In this document: piece after piece, positions 1 to 10,336 of the stretch | Layout: the number at the start of each line of letters is the position of its first letter | Position numbering within the stretch: position 1 is the first letter of the stretch | Assembly (NCBI GenBank): GCA_963666985.2 | Contig: CAXXIA010000002.1 | Coordinates: 1,920,001 to 1,984,000, forward strand | Direction: 5' to 3' | From: Spirochaetia bacterium | GTDB taxonomy: Bacteria > Spirochaetota > Spirochaetia > DSM-2461 | DNA length: 64,000 bases | Translations under genes and position numbers: made by a program | Notes under the pieces: generated by a model | What the model was told of the DNA's origin: nothing | The model's database searches: none | What the model saw: the letters and a program-made list of their open reading frames with translations, nothing else

Positions 1-103
1 TAGTAAACTGTTAAGTGAATTAGAGTTCATATTAAGTCCATTAGAATCACGTCCTGTGATTCTAATGCATTTTTTATTGGCTCTTGGCTGGATTTCATCG
101 TAA

Positions 104-233
104 AACAGATGTTATGAGGTTCCGGCTGGCTATCGCCAACCTTCACCCAAATTGGCTTTTGTCATGTTGTTTGCGTTGGCAAACAACACGCCAATCCTTC
201 GGAACAGCCAACTTCTCATAACATCGGGCCGTT
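104..233 (+). repeat. attC-like repeat R0 (subtype B)
   Basis: AAC-A-GATGTTATGAG ... CTCATAACATC-GGGCC-GTT; same subtype as 6866-7013. Confidence 0.85.
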
Positions 234-302
234 ATTCGAAAAAATCTTTAACGGTAGAAAATCAATAACAGAAAGTAAGAATGCAATCGTATTACACAAG
301 GC

Positions 303-1040
303 TTAAGCGAGAATCCCAGGAATGATTAATATAAAAACAAGAAGATTTCCTATACCGTGGATTATTATCCCAATCCAAGTATTTTGATGCTTCTGTACTA
401 AATATGGAACTGCTAAGGATACTGGAATCAAAGAGATAAACGACCAAGGCATGAACATATGTACTAATAAATTCCACAATATCCCATTTACAAGCCATGC
501 CCACTTTCCAAATACTTTTTCCTGTAGTGGTAACGCATATCCTCTCCAAAGGAGTTCTTCCGCCCCGATATTGACTATTAACCATCCCAGCCAAAAGCCG
601 ACAATCCACCATTGGTCAGCTAAAGGAACCCCGAAAAAAGTTGTAAGTCCATCTGCGATTTGCAGTCCTGGATGGAAAAGTTCTGGTGTGAATTCTGGGA
701 CATGAAAAAAAGAATAGTTCATTAAGAAATGTCGAGTTGGCGCAAGACCCAGCTCAAGAGTCTGAACGCCAAGAAAACCAATAATAATCCAGAGCCAAGT
801 TTTACCCGATATCTTTCCAAATCTAAATCTGCTTATGAAATTTATATTTCTTTGTTTGTTGGATACAAAACATGTCAAGATAATAAACAATATCAATAAA
901 ATCGGAATCCATAGTGATAGGGAATAGCTGATGATTAATGGCCATCCTATTTTTGTAAGGTAGGGAACCAGAACTCTTGCGCCTAGAAACATAAGAATTC
1001 CAGGAATTCCGAAGAACACAAGAGACTGAATCAGATTCAT
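303..1040 (-). CDS. CPBP (CAAX/Abi) family intramembrane glutamic endopeptidase; cassette gene, inverted
   Basis: EELLWRG (EExxxR) motif, HxxxN (HGIGN), multiple TM segments. Start set at MNLIQ; the ORF is open to 1112. Confidence 0.85.
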   Translation of the reverse strand: MNLIQSLVFFGIPGILMFLGARVLVPYLTKIGWPLIISYSLSLWIPILLILFIILTCFVSNKQRNINFISRFRFGKISGKTWLWIIIGFLGVQTLELGLAPTRHFLMNYSFFHVPEFTPELFHPGLQIADGLTTFFGVPLADQWWIVGFWLGWLIVNIGAEELLWRGYALPLQEKVFGKWAWLVNGILWNLLVHMFMPWSFISLIPVSLAVPYLVQKHQNTWIGIIIHGIGNLLVFILIIPGILA

Positions 1041-1197
1041 TTTTCTTGAATTACAAAAAATAGAAAAGATGTTCATAAGAAGATGGTTACATGATTTAGC
1101 GGTAGAACTCAAGTTTTTAAATATTTTGCATGTGGTATATTTTTAATGTGACATAAGTAAAAGTTGGTTTTGAATAGATTTAACGATTTCTTCGAAT

Positions 1198-1395
1198 AAC
1201 AGCTGTTGATGCGCTCCGGCTGAAAATGAGATTTTCAGCCTTCGGGGCTTCGCCCAAATTTGCCTCTGTCATAGATTTTGCGAAAGGCCCGTGGCTATGA
1301 TACGATATCTTCAGTAAAAGGTTAGTGGTGTTATGATCGCAAAATCTCCGCCAGTCGCTTCGCGAGCGGCAAACTTCGCATACCAGCGGGCCGTT
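1198..1395 (+). repeat. attC-like repeat R1 (subtype A1)
   Basis: AAC-AGCTGTTGATGCG ... ACTTCGCATACCAGC-GGGCC-GTT. Confidence 0.9.
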
Positions 1396-1646
1396 TAGTG
1401 AAAAAACAGGAATATCATACAAGCCTCGCCATCCATGGCTCGGCTCTTGTTTCTTTCAATGAAGAAGGAACGCCGTGTAGTGAAAGAGTTTCTGAATCTA
1501 GAAAGGTTATTCTTAAATTCCCTCGAAGGAGAAAATAGATTAAAAAAAACCCTTAATCTATGCAGCAAGAACGATTGGCAATTTAGGAAATAGAATGTTC
1601 TTCAATATAGTATTAACTAAGAGCTGAAATACTAGTAATAAGGAGA

Positions 1647-2348
1647 ATGGTTATGACCGTTTCAAAAATCAGATACTGGGCTATGAAACGTAAACAAGAG
1701 GATCGAAAAGCAAATTTGCTATCTCGTAAAGCTCTATTTGGTTCCATCGTTTTCGGTATTACAACATTTGGTAGAGACGAACACAAGAGATCAATAAAAA
1801 TATTCAGGCCAAAGAATATTAATCAATTGCTTATAAGTGACATAACGCTCTTTGAACTGTCTTGCTATGCAATGATGCGAATTGAACAGTGGCTAGACAG
1901 GAAGGCAAGTCAGGAAGTGGATCAAACGGAAACCCCCTTAGACCTGCAAAAGACCGATGAAGAGATTACTGACCTTGTTGATGAAATCTATTCCAAATGG
2001 GAAAAGTTAGGAAAAAGTATACACTACGAGTTCATAGAACTGTATACGGATATATTTCAATCAAATCAGATTAAAGATATCTTTCAGGCAAGATTTGAAG
2101 AATATCGAAGAATGGTTGTCGCTTTAGAAATCACAGATACTGAGCAATATCACAAAGCAATCTCAACATTGTCCAGGATGTCAAATCAATACCTTCCAGT
2201 CTCACAGTTCAACTATGAGAAACTGCCTGTAATGCTCGGGTCCGCTTTAGAAGATATGGGATTCCGAGCGGAAATGACAGGATGGGAAATTCACATGATG
2301 CCGGCAATATTGAATACAATAGAAAAAGCTTCTCATTTTCTCATGTAA
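1647..2348 (+). CDS. Hypothetical protein (cassette gene)
   Basis: 233-aa ORF with AAGGAG just upstream; sole long ORF between R1 and R2. Confidence 0.75.
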   Translation: MVMTVSKIRYWAMKRKQEDRKANLLSRKALFGSIVFGITTFGRDEHKRSIKIFRPKNINQLLISDITLFELSCYAMMRIEQWLDRKASQEVDQTETPLDLQKTDEEITDLVDEIYSKWEKLGKSIHYEFIELYTDIFQSNQIKDIFQARFEEYRRMVVALEITDTEQYHKAISTLSRMSNQYLPVSQFNYEKLPVMLGSALEDMGFRAEMTGWEIHMMPAILNTIEKASHFLM

Positions 2349-2362
2349 TGAAACCTAGTATC

Positions 2363-2391
2363 CATTGGTAGCACGTCGTGTGCTACCAATG
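2363..2391 (+). terminator. Perfect 12-bp hairpin after the cassette gene (possible terminator)
   Basis: CATTGGTAGCAC-GTCGT-GTGCTACCAATG; no U-tract. Confidence 0.4.
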
Positions 2392-2428
2392 AAATCGAAA
2401 ATTGATTCAATGACCTGTTTCTTCACTA

Positions 2429-2619
2429 AACAGCTGTTGATGCGCTCCGGCGCCAGGGCGCCTTCGGGGCTTCGCCCAAATTTGCCTCTGTCATAGATTT
2501 TGCGGAAGGCTGGCGACTATGGTAGGATGACTTTCAGTAAATGGCTAGTTTTGTTCTGATAAGCAAAATCTCCGCCAGTCGCTGCGCGAACGGCAAACTT
2601 CGCATACCAGCGGACCGTT
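2429..2619 (+). repeat. attC-like repeat R2 (subtype A1)
   Basis: Same conserved ends; GGACC spacer before GTT. Confidence 0.9.
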
Positions 2620-2696
2620 AATTGAAATGGCGAAAAATCTCACCTCGCCGTCCTGGCTCGGTAGTAGTAAAATGTATAGAAAACGATTGAAAGGAT

Positions 2697-3566
2697 TTGT
2701 ACAATAACGTGAAAATACTCTCTACAAGAAAGACCTCTGCACTAATCGAGGAAATTGTCACAGAGTCAAAAAATTTTGTGCTCATTGTCAGTCCATACTT
2801 AAAAATATCGGACTCGTTGTACGAGCGTCTGGTTAGAAAACTAAATTTAGGAATCAGAGTTGTTTTACTTTTTGGCAAAGTCGACTCCAATTTTAGTCAG
2901 TATCAAAAACTTCGAGACCATAACAAGTCATCAATATTTTTTCTAGACAAACTACATGCAAAGATCTACGCAAACGAGGACATAGTTCTTGTTAGCAGTA
3001 TGAATTTACATTCATATTCAGAAATCAACAACTGGGAAATCGGTTTGCAAGAGGATAGCTCATCTTCTGAATATAAAAATATATTTAATGAAGTACTCTT
3101 GATGCTAAAAGCATCTACGTACAAATTTGGTGATAAAGATTATTCAATCATCGATTTGTCAAATGGGGCTCATGAATTTATAGGGATTCTCCAAGAAACA
3201 ATTAAAACTATTGATTTTCGTGTTATAGAAATACAAACCGGATGGGATGATGAAAAGTCCTACACCTTCAAAGGTACTTACCAACCAAAACAAGAAATTT
3301 CGATGATATTCAATTTCAACCATTTGGCGATTTCTAGTGACAGTGAAGATGACCTGCGGAGTATTTGTGAAACCATTGAGTCAAAGGGCTGCAAATCAGG
3401 TTTGAGATGCTTCCAAAAGAGCTATGAGAGGGAGCTAGCGATTTATCCACCTGATGGATTCAACGCACGTCGTGATAACATGGAGATAAAAGAATATCGC
3501 GCTATGTGGATTTCAATATTGGAAGACATTGAAAAGGTGCTCTGCGACAGCCTACAGGCTTCATAG
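2697..3566 (+). CDS. Phospholipase-D (HKD) superfamily nuclease-domain protein (cassette gene)
   Basis: IVSPY, LHAKIY and SSMNL...NWEIG motifs typical of PLD-like nuclease domains. True start may be GTG 2709. Confidence 0.8.
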   Translation: MYNNVKILSTRKTSALIEEIVTESKNFVLIVSPYLKISDSLYERLVRKLNLGIRVVLLFGKVDSNFSQYQKLRDHNKSSIFFLDKLHAKIYANEDIVLVSSMNLHSYSEINNWEIGLQEDSSSSEYKNIFNEVLLMLKASTYKFGDKDYSIIDLSNGAHEFIGILQETIKTIDFRVIEIQTGWDDEKSYTFKGTYQPKQEISMIFNFNHLAISSDSEDDLRSICETIESKGCKSGLRCFQKSYERELAIYPPDGFNARRDNMEIKEYRAMWISILEDIEKVLCDSLQAS

Positions 3567-3633
3567 ATAGTAGTCTCGCGAACATCGTGTTCGCGAGATA
3601 GGTTTAAGACTTTCGGATCTCGCCACTTCACTT

Positions 3634-3838
3634 AACAGCTGTTGATGCGCTCCGGCCGCTAAAGGTGTTTAGCGGCCTGCGGGGCTCCGCCCAAATTTCG
3701 CTTTGGCCATGGTTCTTGCAGATGCGTTTGTGAAAGTGGTGTGATAAGTTGAAGAGCGTACGGGCTTTCTTTTAAAGTGCAAGAACGCATGCCAACCGGC
3801 TTCGCCGGACGCGAAACTTCGCATACCAGCGGGCCGTT
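3634..3838 (+). repeat. attC-like repeat R3 (subtype A2)
   Basis: Conserved ends; internal GGCCGCTAAA/TTTAGCGGCC hairpin. Confidence 0.9.
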
Positions 3839-4554
3839 AGGTGAAATCAAAAGATTCATATTTTTAGGATTAACTATAAATGACATCTGAACACAAAGAA
3901 TTTATAAAGCGATCTATAAAAGTATTGCAGCATGATGAACGAATAATGGGTCTTGCTGTTGCCGGTTCTTTCATTACTAATGCAATGGATGAATTTTCTG
4001 ATATCGATTTTGTTATTGCCGTTGATTCAAAATATTACAATGAAATCTTAGATAAGAGAATTGAAATCGCTAAGAGTTTAGGACATTTGCTTTCTGCATT
4101 TACGGGAGAACATGTTGGAGAACCCCGATTGCTTATCTGCCTGTATAACAATCCCTTGATTCATGTTGATTTAAAATTCGTTTCGATTGATGAGATTGCA
4201 TATAGAGTTGAAGATTTCAAAGTATTGTGGGAACGTGACAATTGTATATCCGATAAACTTAAAGAAGAATCAGCACAATTTCCTAATCCAGATCTTCAAT
4301 GGATTGAAGATAGATTTTGGATTTGGATCCATTATGGAGCAGGAAAGATTGGTCGCGGTGAGATTTTTGAGACGATCGAATTTATTTCTTATTTGCGTCA
4401 GAACGTGATAGGCCCGTTAATCTTGATGAAGAAGGGAAAACGCCCCCAAGGTGTACGGAAGATTGAATTCGATGCGCCAGAATATTTGGAACGATTGAAG
4501 TCAACAATAGCGATTCATGAAAAGTGAACCACACCGGGATTCCCGGAGGCTGTT

Positions 4555-5466
4555 TTAGTTGAGTCCGGCAGCTACTGCCGAACATTCTTCCTGTTCATAA
4601 TACATCGATTCAAACTTCGCCGGGGGGATATCTCCAAGCGGCTCCATGATTCGGCGGTTGTTGTACCAGTCCACCCAGTCCAGGGTTTCCAATTCAACCT
4701 GTTCTATTCTCTGCCATGAGCTCCTCCGGTGGATGACTTCGGCTTTGTAGAGACCGTTGATAGTCTCAGCCATTGCGTTATCGTACGAGTCTCCTTTGCT
4801 CCCAACCGAAGGCTCGATACCGGCCTCTGTCAATCGATCCGAATATCGAAACGAAAGATACTGCCTTCCACGATCACTGTGATGAATCAGACCGTCGACT
4901 ACTTCCCTGGCCCAAAGCGCCTGATTGAGCGCATCAAGAGTAAAGTCGGTTTTCATCGACCGGCTAGCTCGCCAACCGACGATCATCCGGGAGAAGACAT
5001 CAATGATGAAGGCAACATAGACGAAGCCCTGCCAGGTGGAAACGTAGGTGAAATCCGCAACCCAAAGCCGATTCGGCTTGGAAGCTGTGAAATCTCTGTT
5101 AACCAGATCCTCGGGTCTTTCATCTTTCGGTGACGGGAAGGTGGTCTTGGTTCCCTTGCCCCGAATGACGCCTCTGAGACCCATAGAACGCATAAGACGT
5201 TCGACGGTACACCTGGCTACATGGAGATGCTTCTCATTTCTAAGAACCTTCCAGACTTTCCTGGCGCCGTAGACTCTACGGTTCTCATCCCATATCTCCT
5301 GAATCTCATTTTTAAGAAACCGGTCTCGACGTGTTCGATCAGGTTCGAGTTCAGGATCAGCTTCTCTTGCTTTTTGTAGATGATAGGTCGACGGAGCAAT
5401 CGGCAGTGATTTGCAGATAGGCTCGACTCCATATTCTTCCCGGTTCTCATTGATAAAACCGACCAT
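4555..5466 (-). CDS. IS3 transposase OrfB (DDE)
   Basis: WVADFTYV, HHSDRGRQY, DNAMAETING motifs. Confidence 0.95.
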   Translation of the reverse strand: MVGFINENREEYGVEPICKSLPIAPSTYHLQKAREADPELEPDRTRRDRFLKNEIQEIWDENRRVYGARKVWKVLRNEKHLHVARCTVERLMRSMGLRGVIRGKGTKTTFPSPKDERPEDLVNRDFTASKPNRLWVADFTYVSTWQGFVYVAFIIDVFSRMIVGWRASRSMKTDFTLDALNQALWAREVVDGLIHHSDRGRQYLSFRYSDRLTEAGIEPSVGSKGDSYDNAMAETINGLYKAEVIHRRSSWQRIEQVELETLDWVDWYNNRRIMEPLGDIPPAKFESMYYEQEECSAVAAGLN

Positions 5467-5786
5467 CAGTTCTTTCGGCGGTCGAGCTCCGCCTGGGCAA
5501 AATACGCTGAGGCCTTTCGAAGAATTTCGTTGGCAGTACGAAGTTCTCGATTCTCCTTTTCCAGCTCTTTAAGACGCTTACGCTCTTCACTGGTTAGACC
5601 ATCCCGCTGCCCTTCATCGATTTCTGCCTGCCGAACCCATTTCCGGAGTGTTTCGGGTGTACAGCCGATCTTAGCGGATATTGAACAAATCGCCGACCAC
5701 TGAGATTCGCTGTCCTTCTGCTTCTCAAACACCATCCGGACAGATTGTTCCCGGACTTCCTTGGGGTACCTTGTTTGCTTTCCCAT
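5466..5786 (-). CDS. IS3 transposase OrfA
   Basis: HTH plus leucine-zipper (ELEKENRELRTANEIL); stop overlaps the orfB start. Confidence 0.95.
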   Translation of the reverse strand: MGKQTRYPKEVREQSVRMVFEKQKDSESQWSAICSISAKIGCTPETLRKWVRQAEIDEGQRDGLTSEERKRLKELEKENRELRTANEILRKASAYFAQAELDRRKN

Positions 5787-6017
5787 GACACAATCCTCTC
5801 AAGTAATTGTGCCTCCGGTAAAGCCGGGGTGGTTCAAAGAGATCTTGTTATGAAGTTTTGAAGAATATTGTTTTGCTTTATAGGGAACTACGAGAAGAAC
5901 TCCAAAATCTAGATTTCAATTACAATTCAGAGACAGAAGAAGTAGCCATGGCTTATTTGGATGATATCTATAAGAGGTGTGTATAAGAGAATGAGAAAGT
6001 ATTGCTTGATTTCACCT

Positions 6018-6225
6018 AACAGCTGTTGATGCGCTCCGGCCGCTAAAGGTGTTTAGCGGCCTTCGGGGCTTCGCCCAAATTTCGTTTTGGCATGGCATCT
6101 TGCAGATGTGTTTTCAAAAGTGATGTGATAAGCTAAAAAAACAAACAGGCTTTCTGCTAAAAGCAAGAGCGCATGCCAACCGGCTTTCAGCCGGACACGA
6201 AACATTCGCATAACAGCGGGCCGTT
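6018..6225 (+). repeat. attC-like repeat R4 (subtype A2)
   Basis: Conserved ends and internal stems. Confidence 0.9.
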
Positions 6226-6252
6226 TGGTGAAATTCGTATAAGGAATAAAGA

Positions 6253-6849
6253 ATGATAGCAAGTGTAATATTGTCTCATCCATATCCTAAAAGTTTTAAT
6301 CATGCAATTTTCAAAACAGTGATACGGGCATTAAAAGAGAAACAAGTAAAAGTATATAACCATGATCTTTATGAAGAAGGCTTTAATCCTATTCTCACAA
6401 AAGAAGAATTAGGGTCTGATCAATCAACTGATAAATTAGTCAATCAGTATGCAAAAGAGTTAGTCGAATCAGACTCTTTATTTTTTATACATCCAAATTG
6501 GTGGGGACAACCACCAGCAATTATGAAAGGATATATCGATAGAGTTATTCGTCCTCCTTATGCTTATGATTTCCCAAAAGATGACTCAGGTGGTGGATTA
6601 CCTTTAGAAAAATTGAATGGAAAATATGGAATAGTTTATAATACTGGGAACACCGAGAGCAAACGAGAAAAAAATTACTTTGGTGATCCATTAGAAAATA
6701 TCTGGGAAAAATGTGTTTTTGGTTTTTTAGGAATTAAAAAATATAAAAGAAGACTCTTTTGTGTAATTGCTGATAGCACAGAAGAAGAAAGGCTAGAGTG
6801 GCTAAAGAAAATTGAAGAAGATATAGATCTAGTTTTGGAAGAGAAATAA
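6253..6849 (+). CDS. NAD(P)H-dependent quinone oxidoreductase (flavodoxin-2 fold); cassette gene
   Basis: SHP..SFN, HPNWWGQPPAIMKGYIDRV motifs. Confidence 0.9.
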   Translation: MIASVILSHPYPKSFNHAIFKTVIRALKEKQVKVYNHDLYEEGFNPILTKEELGSDQSTDKLVNQYAKELVESDSLFFIHPNWWGQPPAIMKGYIDRVIRPPYAYDFPKDDSGGGLPLEKLNGKYGIVYNTGNTESKREKNYFGDPLENIWEKCVFGFLGIKKYKRRLFCVIADSTEEERLEWLKKIEEDIDLVLEEK

Positions 6850-6865
6850 AAGCCGAACTTCACCA

Positions 6866-7013
6866 AACAGATGTTATGAGGTTCCGGCTGGCTGACGCCA
6901 CCCTTCACCCAAATTAGCCTTTTGAAAAACTTCGGAGAAATTGCAAAGCAATTTTCCTCAGCTTTTCAAGCCCACAAGGGGCTCAGGCTAACTTCTCATA
7001 ACATCGGAACGTT
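6866..7013 (+). repeat. attC-like repeat R5 (subtype B)
   Basis: AAC-A-GATGTTATGAG ... CTCATAACATC-GGAAC-GTT. Confidence 0.85.
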
Positions 7014-7036
7014 AAACGCCACTCGAACTTTGTCGT

Positions 7037-7170
7037 TGGAGAGACCAGGACATCCTTTACATTTTAGGTACAGGACATCGTTTACACTAAACAAGCTTGA
7101 ACGAAGCATTTGAGCCCATCAACAGAAGGGGTAAAGGCATAGTTTTTCCAGTCAATTTCTCCTAATCTCG
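7037..7170 (-). mobile_element. Remnant end of an IS481-family element
   Basis: Close but diverged match to 13552-13685 (ACCAGGACATCCTTTACATTTTAGGT.CAGGACATCGTTTACACTAAACAAG...), including the transposase C-terminal codons. Confidence 0.85.
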
Positions 7171-7306
7171 AACAGTAAGAAAAATTGCTAGTGTGGTGAA
7201 CTTGAAATAGAAATCACCTTATAAATAGCCCTTCAAAAGGGGCTCATAACCTGTACTGCTATAATTAGGCAAAATTGATTTATGAATCAAATATGATTGT
7301 ACGACA

Positions 7307-7993
7307 TTAGGAAATAGGCGTCTTGGAATGATCGGCCACTTTTTCAGCTGTCATGTCAAGAACTCCATAAATTGCCTCTTGCCGATATTCGTCGGTCAAT
7401 ATTTGTTCTTTTTCTTTTGCCTCTTTACCAAAATTCATGAATGGGTATTTCAACTGAACTGTATATGTCTCATAAAGGCTTGCTACCGATTGCCTATTGT
7501 GAACGTCTACTATGTTGCCTCTCGATTTCCCAAACATATTTTCAGGTGTATTATTTCCAATCTTGTTCTGTTCCCAGTATTCTTGAATATATGCTTCACA
7601 AAGGATTACGTAATCAGCAGACAACTTTGAACCTATATCAACCACAATGGCCAATTCATTTTCTTCTAATTGATATGAATTTTCTACATCCGGCATATCT
7701 TCAGTAATGTATATTGGATACTCGTTAATAGTAGACTTAAGTTCTGCATAGCTAATAATTTCTATTAAGGTTGCTTCTGCAATTTTCTCCGCTAGGTATT
7801 TTGCGTTTCTCTCATGATTGCTGTCGTCAAGTGGTGAAACAACAAGCAATCTTTTGCCTGTGAAGTCAATTTCGTCTAAGAATTTCGTTTGATTTCTTAG
7901 TCGACCAACAGCCCCAAGTGTTGAGCAACCAACGAAAATTACAGGTATAATAGCAAAAAAAAGAACAAAGCGCTTTTTCATTTTAGTCTCCAT
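7307..7993 (-). CDS. Putative lipoprotein; cassette gene, inverted
   Basis: MKKRFVLFFAIIPVIFVG-C signal peptide/lipobox. Confidence 0.75.
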   Translation of the reverse strand: METKMKKRFVLFFAIIPVIFVGCSTLGAVGRLRNQTKFLDEIDFTGKRLLVVSPLDDSNHERNAKYLAEKIAEATLIEIISYAELKSTINEYPIYITEDMPDVENSYQLEENELAIVVDIGSKLSADYVILCEAYIQEYWEQNKIGNNTPENMFGKSRGNIVDVHNRQSVASLYETYTVQLKYPFMNFGKEAKEKEQILTDEYRQEAIYGVLDMTAEKVADHSKTPIS

Positions 7994-8096
7994 AAGATAT
8001 CGAAGATAATAGATATAAACTTATTAAAAACGAATTCATTTGAATGTCAACCACATTTTTCTGTTGGGATAATTTATAGAACTTCGAGCGGCGTTT

Positions 8097-8294
8097 AACA
8101 GCTGTTGATGCGCTCCGGCTGATAACGAGGTTATCAGCCTCCGGGCTCCGCCAAATTCGTCTTTGTCAGAGATTTTGCGTGAGTCTAACGTGTATGGTAA
8201 AATGCTTTTCAGTAAACGGTTGAGTTTGTTCTGAGAGGCAAAATCTCCGCCAACCGCTACGAGGACGACGAACTTCGCATACCAGCGGACCGTT
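8097..8294 (+). repeat. attC-like repeat R6 (subtype A1)
   Basis: Conserved ends; GATTTTGC/GCAAAATC inner stem. Confidence 0.9.
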
Positions 8295-9272
8295 AGTCGC
8301 AAATACAATGATATACATTTCTAGCATGGTCGTACCACACAATATCTCGAGGATTGCAGATATCGATGAATGTCATTTCGAGAATCCTCCAATGATTGTT
8401 TTCGACACAAACATTTGCATAGATTTATACAAACTGTGGTGCAACCCAAGGCTAATGCGCAATGAACAGCACAAACAGTTTATGGAATTGGTCGATCTGT
8501 GCACAAAAATATACAAGAATGGTTGGCTATTTTTTCCCCATTTTGGAATAGAAGAAGCTTCTTTCAGTGAATTTTCAAATCGAGGAGAGTCTGACAAAGA
8601 GCAGCATATGCACATGGCCTTATTGAACTTGCTAGGTAGTGATCTGCAAAGCTTTCTAGCACATATCAATTCAACTTTCAGTAGCATTGAGCACTATACT
8701 CGTCGTGTAGATTCAAAATCATATATACGGCGAATAAGGAATGATATTATTTTTAGTGATCTTTTACCTTTGAAATACTGCTCAATGATGAAATTGTTTA
8801 TTCTTTGTAACGACATAGATAGTTACAAAGAGCGTTTGTTTGAATTCTTTAATTATCTACTGAATAACATAAATTGTGTTGACGTAGGATCAATCATCAC
8901 AGCGACATTTCTTACTAGCAGAAAGAAGATGAAAATGCTTTTCCATCGGCTACAAAACAGCTCGAGCGCAGGTTTAAGGAGTATTTTAAATTCTGCGATT
9001 GATCTTACGTTTATTGAGCTCTCAAGTCGTATTTACCTTGAGGGCCTAACACCAATATTTTGCTCACAGAATAAACTTCTTATCGAAATAGAGAATGCTA
9101 CAAAAGTGCAAATTTTTCAAAATGGTATTCCTGCAAAAGGTATTTATGCAGATCGGCTTCCGGAAAACGAGGTCGTTATGGAGTTTATAGAGTTTATGAA
9201 AAAGTCGCTAGAAAAAAGGGATTCGTATATAAAACACTTCAATAAGCATCATGTTTGGGCAGAAATAGCTAA

Positions 9273-10296
9273 GGCGGATTGAAATTCCTAATGCACGAAA
9301 ATAGAAGTGCAAGGAGTTTCAATGAGTTACCGCAGAATAACATTTCAAGAACGAATGTCTATCTTCCAAATGCGTTATGTTGAGAATCTGAAAATATCAG
9401 AAATCGCATATCGTTCAGGACGCAATCCATCGAGTATTTCAAGAGAATTGCAAAAAGGAGATGATTCAGGAAGTTATAATCCCTTTCTTGCTGAATACTT
9501 GTCTTTAAAGCAACGAAGATATCAATGTCCAAAATTAAAAATTAGTTCAGAAGTCTGGAAAGAAATAAAATCAAAATTGGAACTTCGATGGTCACCTGAT
9601 GAAATTGCTCATTGGTGGAATCAACTATATCCTGAGAAAAGCATGAGTGGAAGAACCATCTATAATTATGTCCATTTCCATATGAGGGGTGAACTAAAGA
9701 AACTGGCGTTAAATGATCTTCGCCGACGTGGAAAGTCTCCCAAAAAGCCAAAGAATGACGGTAGAGGCAAGTTAAAAGACATAACCTTGATCGATGAGAG
9801 ACCGCCGGAAGTAGAAGGCCGAGAAGTTCCAGGCTATTGGGAGGGAGACTTAATCATAGGAAAAGACCATAAGTCGGCTATCTGTGTCATTGTGGAAAGG
9901 CAAACACGATTTATCCAAATGGATCTTCTTCTCAAATACGATGCAGCAACTGTTCGAAAAACAATTGAGAAACGATTTAAGCGGATAGAACCTCATCTAA
10001 GAAAGACGTTGACCTTGGATCAAGGTAAGGAAAATAGTGAGCACAAGCGGTTGGCTGAAAAAGCTGAAATCGATGTTTTCTTTTGTCACCCCCATTCGCC
10101 ATGGGAAAAAGCATCATGCGAAAATACAAATGGTTTGATCCGTGATATGCTTTATGAAATTGATGATTTTCGGAATATCGACCAATATTATGTGGGTCGA
10201 ATAGCCCGATTGTTAAATGAAAGGCCAAGAAAAACTTTGGAGTATAAAACGCCGAAGCAGGCATTGGCTGAATTGCGTTAGGAATCTCAATCCGCC
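9273..10296 (+). mobile_element. IS30-family insertion sequence, 1024 bp
   Basis: IRs GGCGGATTGAAATTCCTAATGCA / TGCGTTAGGAATCTCAATCCGCC; TAA direct repeats on both flanks. Confidence 0.92.
9322..10281 (+). CDS. IS30 transposase
   Basis: GYWEGDLIIG, TLDQGKE, PHSPWEKASCENTNGLIR, LNERPRKTL motifs. Confidence 0.95.
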   Translation: MSYRRITFQERMSIFQMRYVENLKISEIAYRSGRNPSSISRELQKGDDSGSYNPFLAEYLSLKQRRYQCPKLKISSEVWKEIKSKLELRWSPDEIAHWWNQLYPEKSMSGRTIYNYVHFHMRGELKKLALNDLRRRGKSPKKPKNDGRGKLKDITLIDERPPEVEGREVPGYWEGDLIIGKDHKSAICVIVERQTRFIQMDLLLKYDAATVRKTIEKRFKRIEPHLRKTLTLDQGKENSEHKRLAEKAEIDVFFCHPHSPWEKASCENTNGLIRDMLYEIDDFRNIDQYYVGRIARLLNERPRKTLEYKTPKQALAELR

Positions 10297-10336
10297 TAAT
10301 CTAGAAAAGGAAATAGTCAAACGTGTATCTGCGACT

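Larger units (their letters stand above)
4525..5836 (-). mobile_element. IS3-family insertion sequence (IS51/IS629-like), 1312 bp
   Basis: Terminal IRs TGAACCACACCGGGATTCCCGGAGGC / GCCTCCGGTAAAGCCGGGGTGGTTCA; 3-bp direct repeat AAG (4522-4524, 5837-5839). Confidence 0.95.
3880..5986 (+). pseudogene. Nucleotidyltransferase (aminoglycoside/lincosamide adenylyltransferase-like fold) interrupted by an IS3-family element
   Basis: GSF...DEFSDID pol-beta NTase motif. The frame resumes after the IS at 5840 (RSCYEVLK...KRCV*, stop 5986). Confidence 0.8.
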
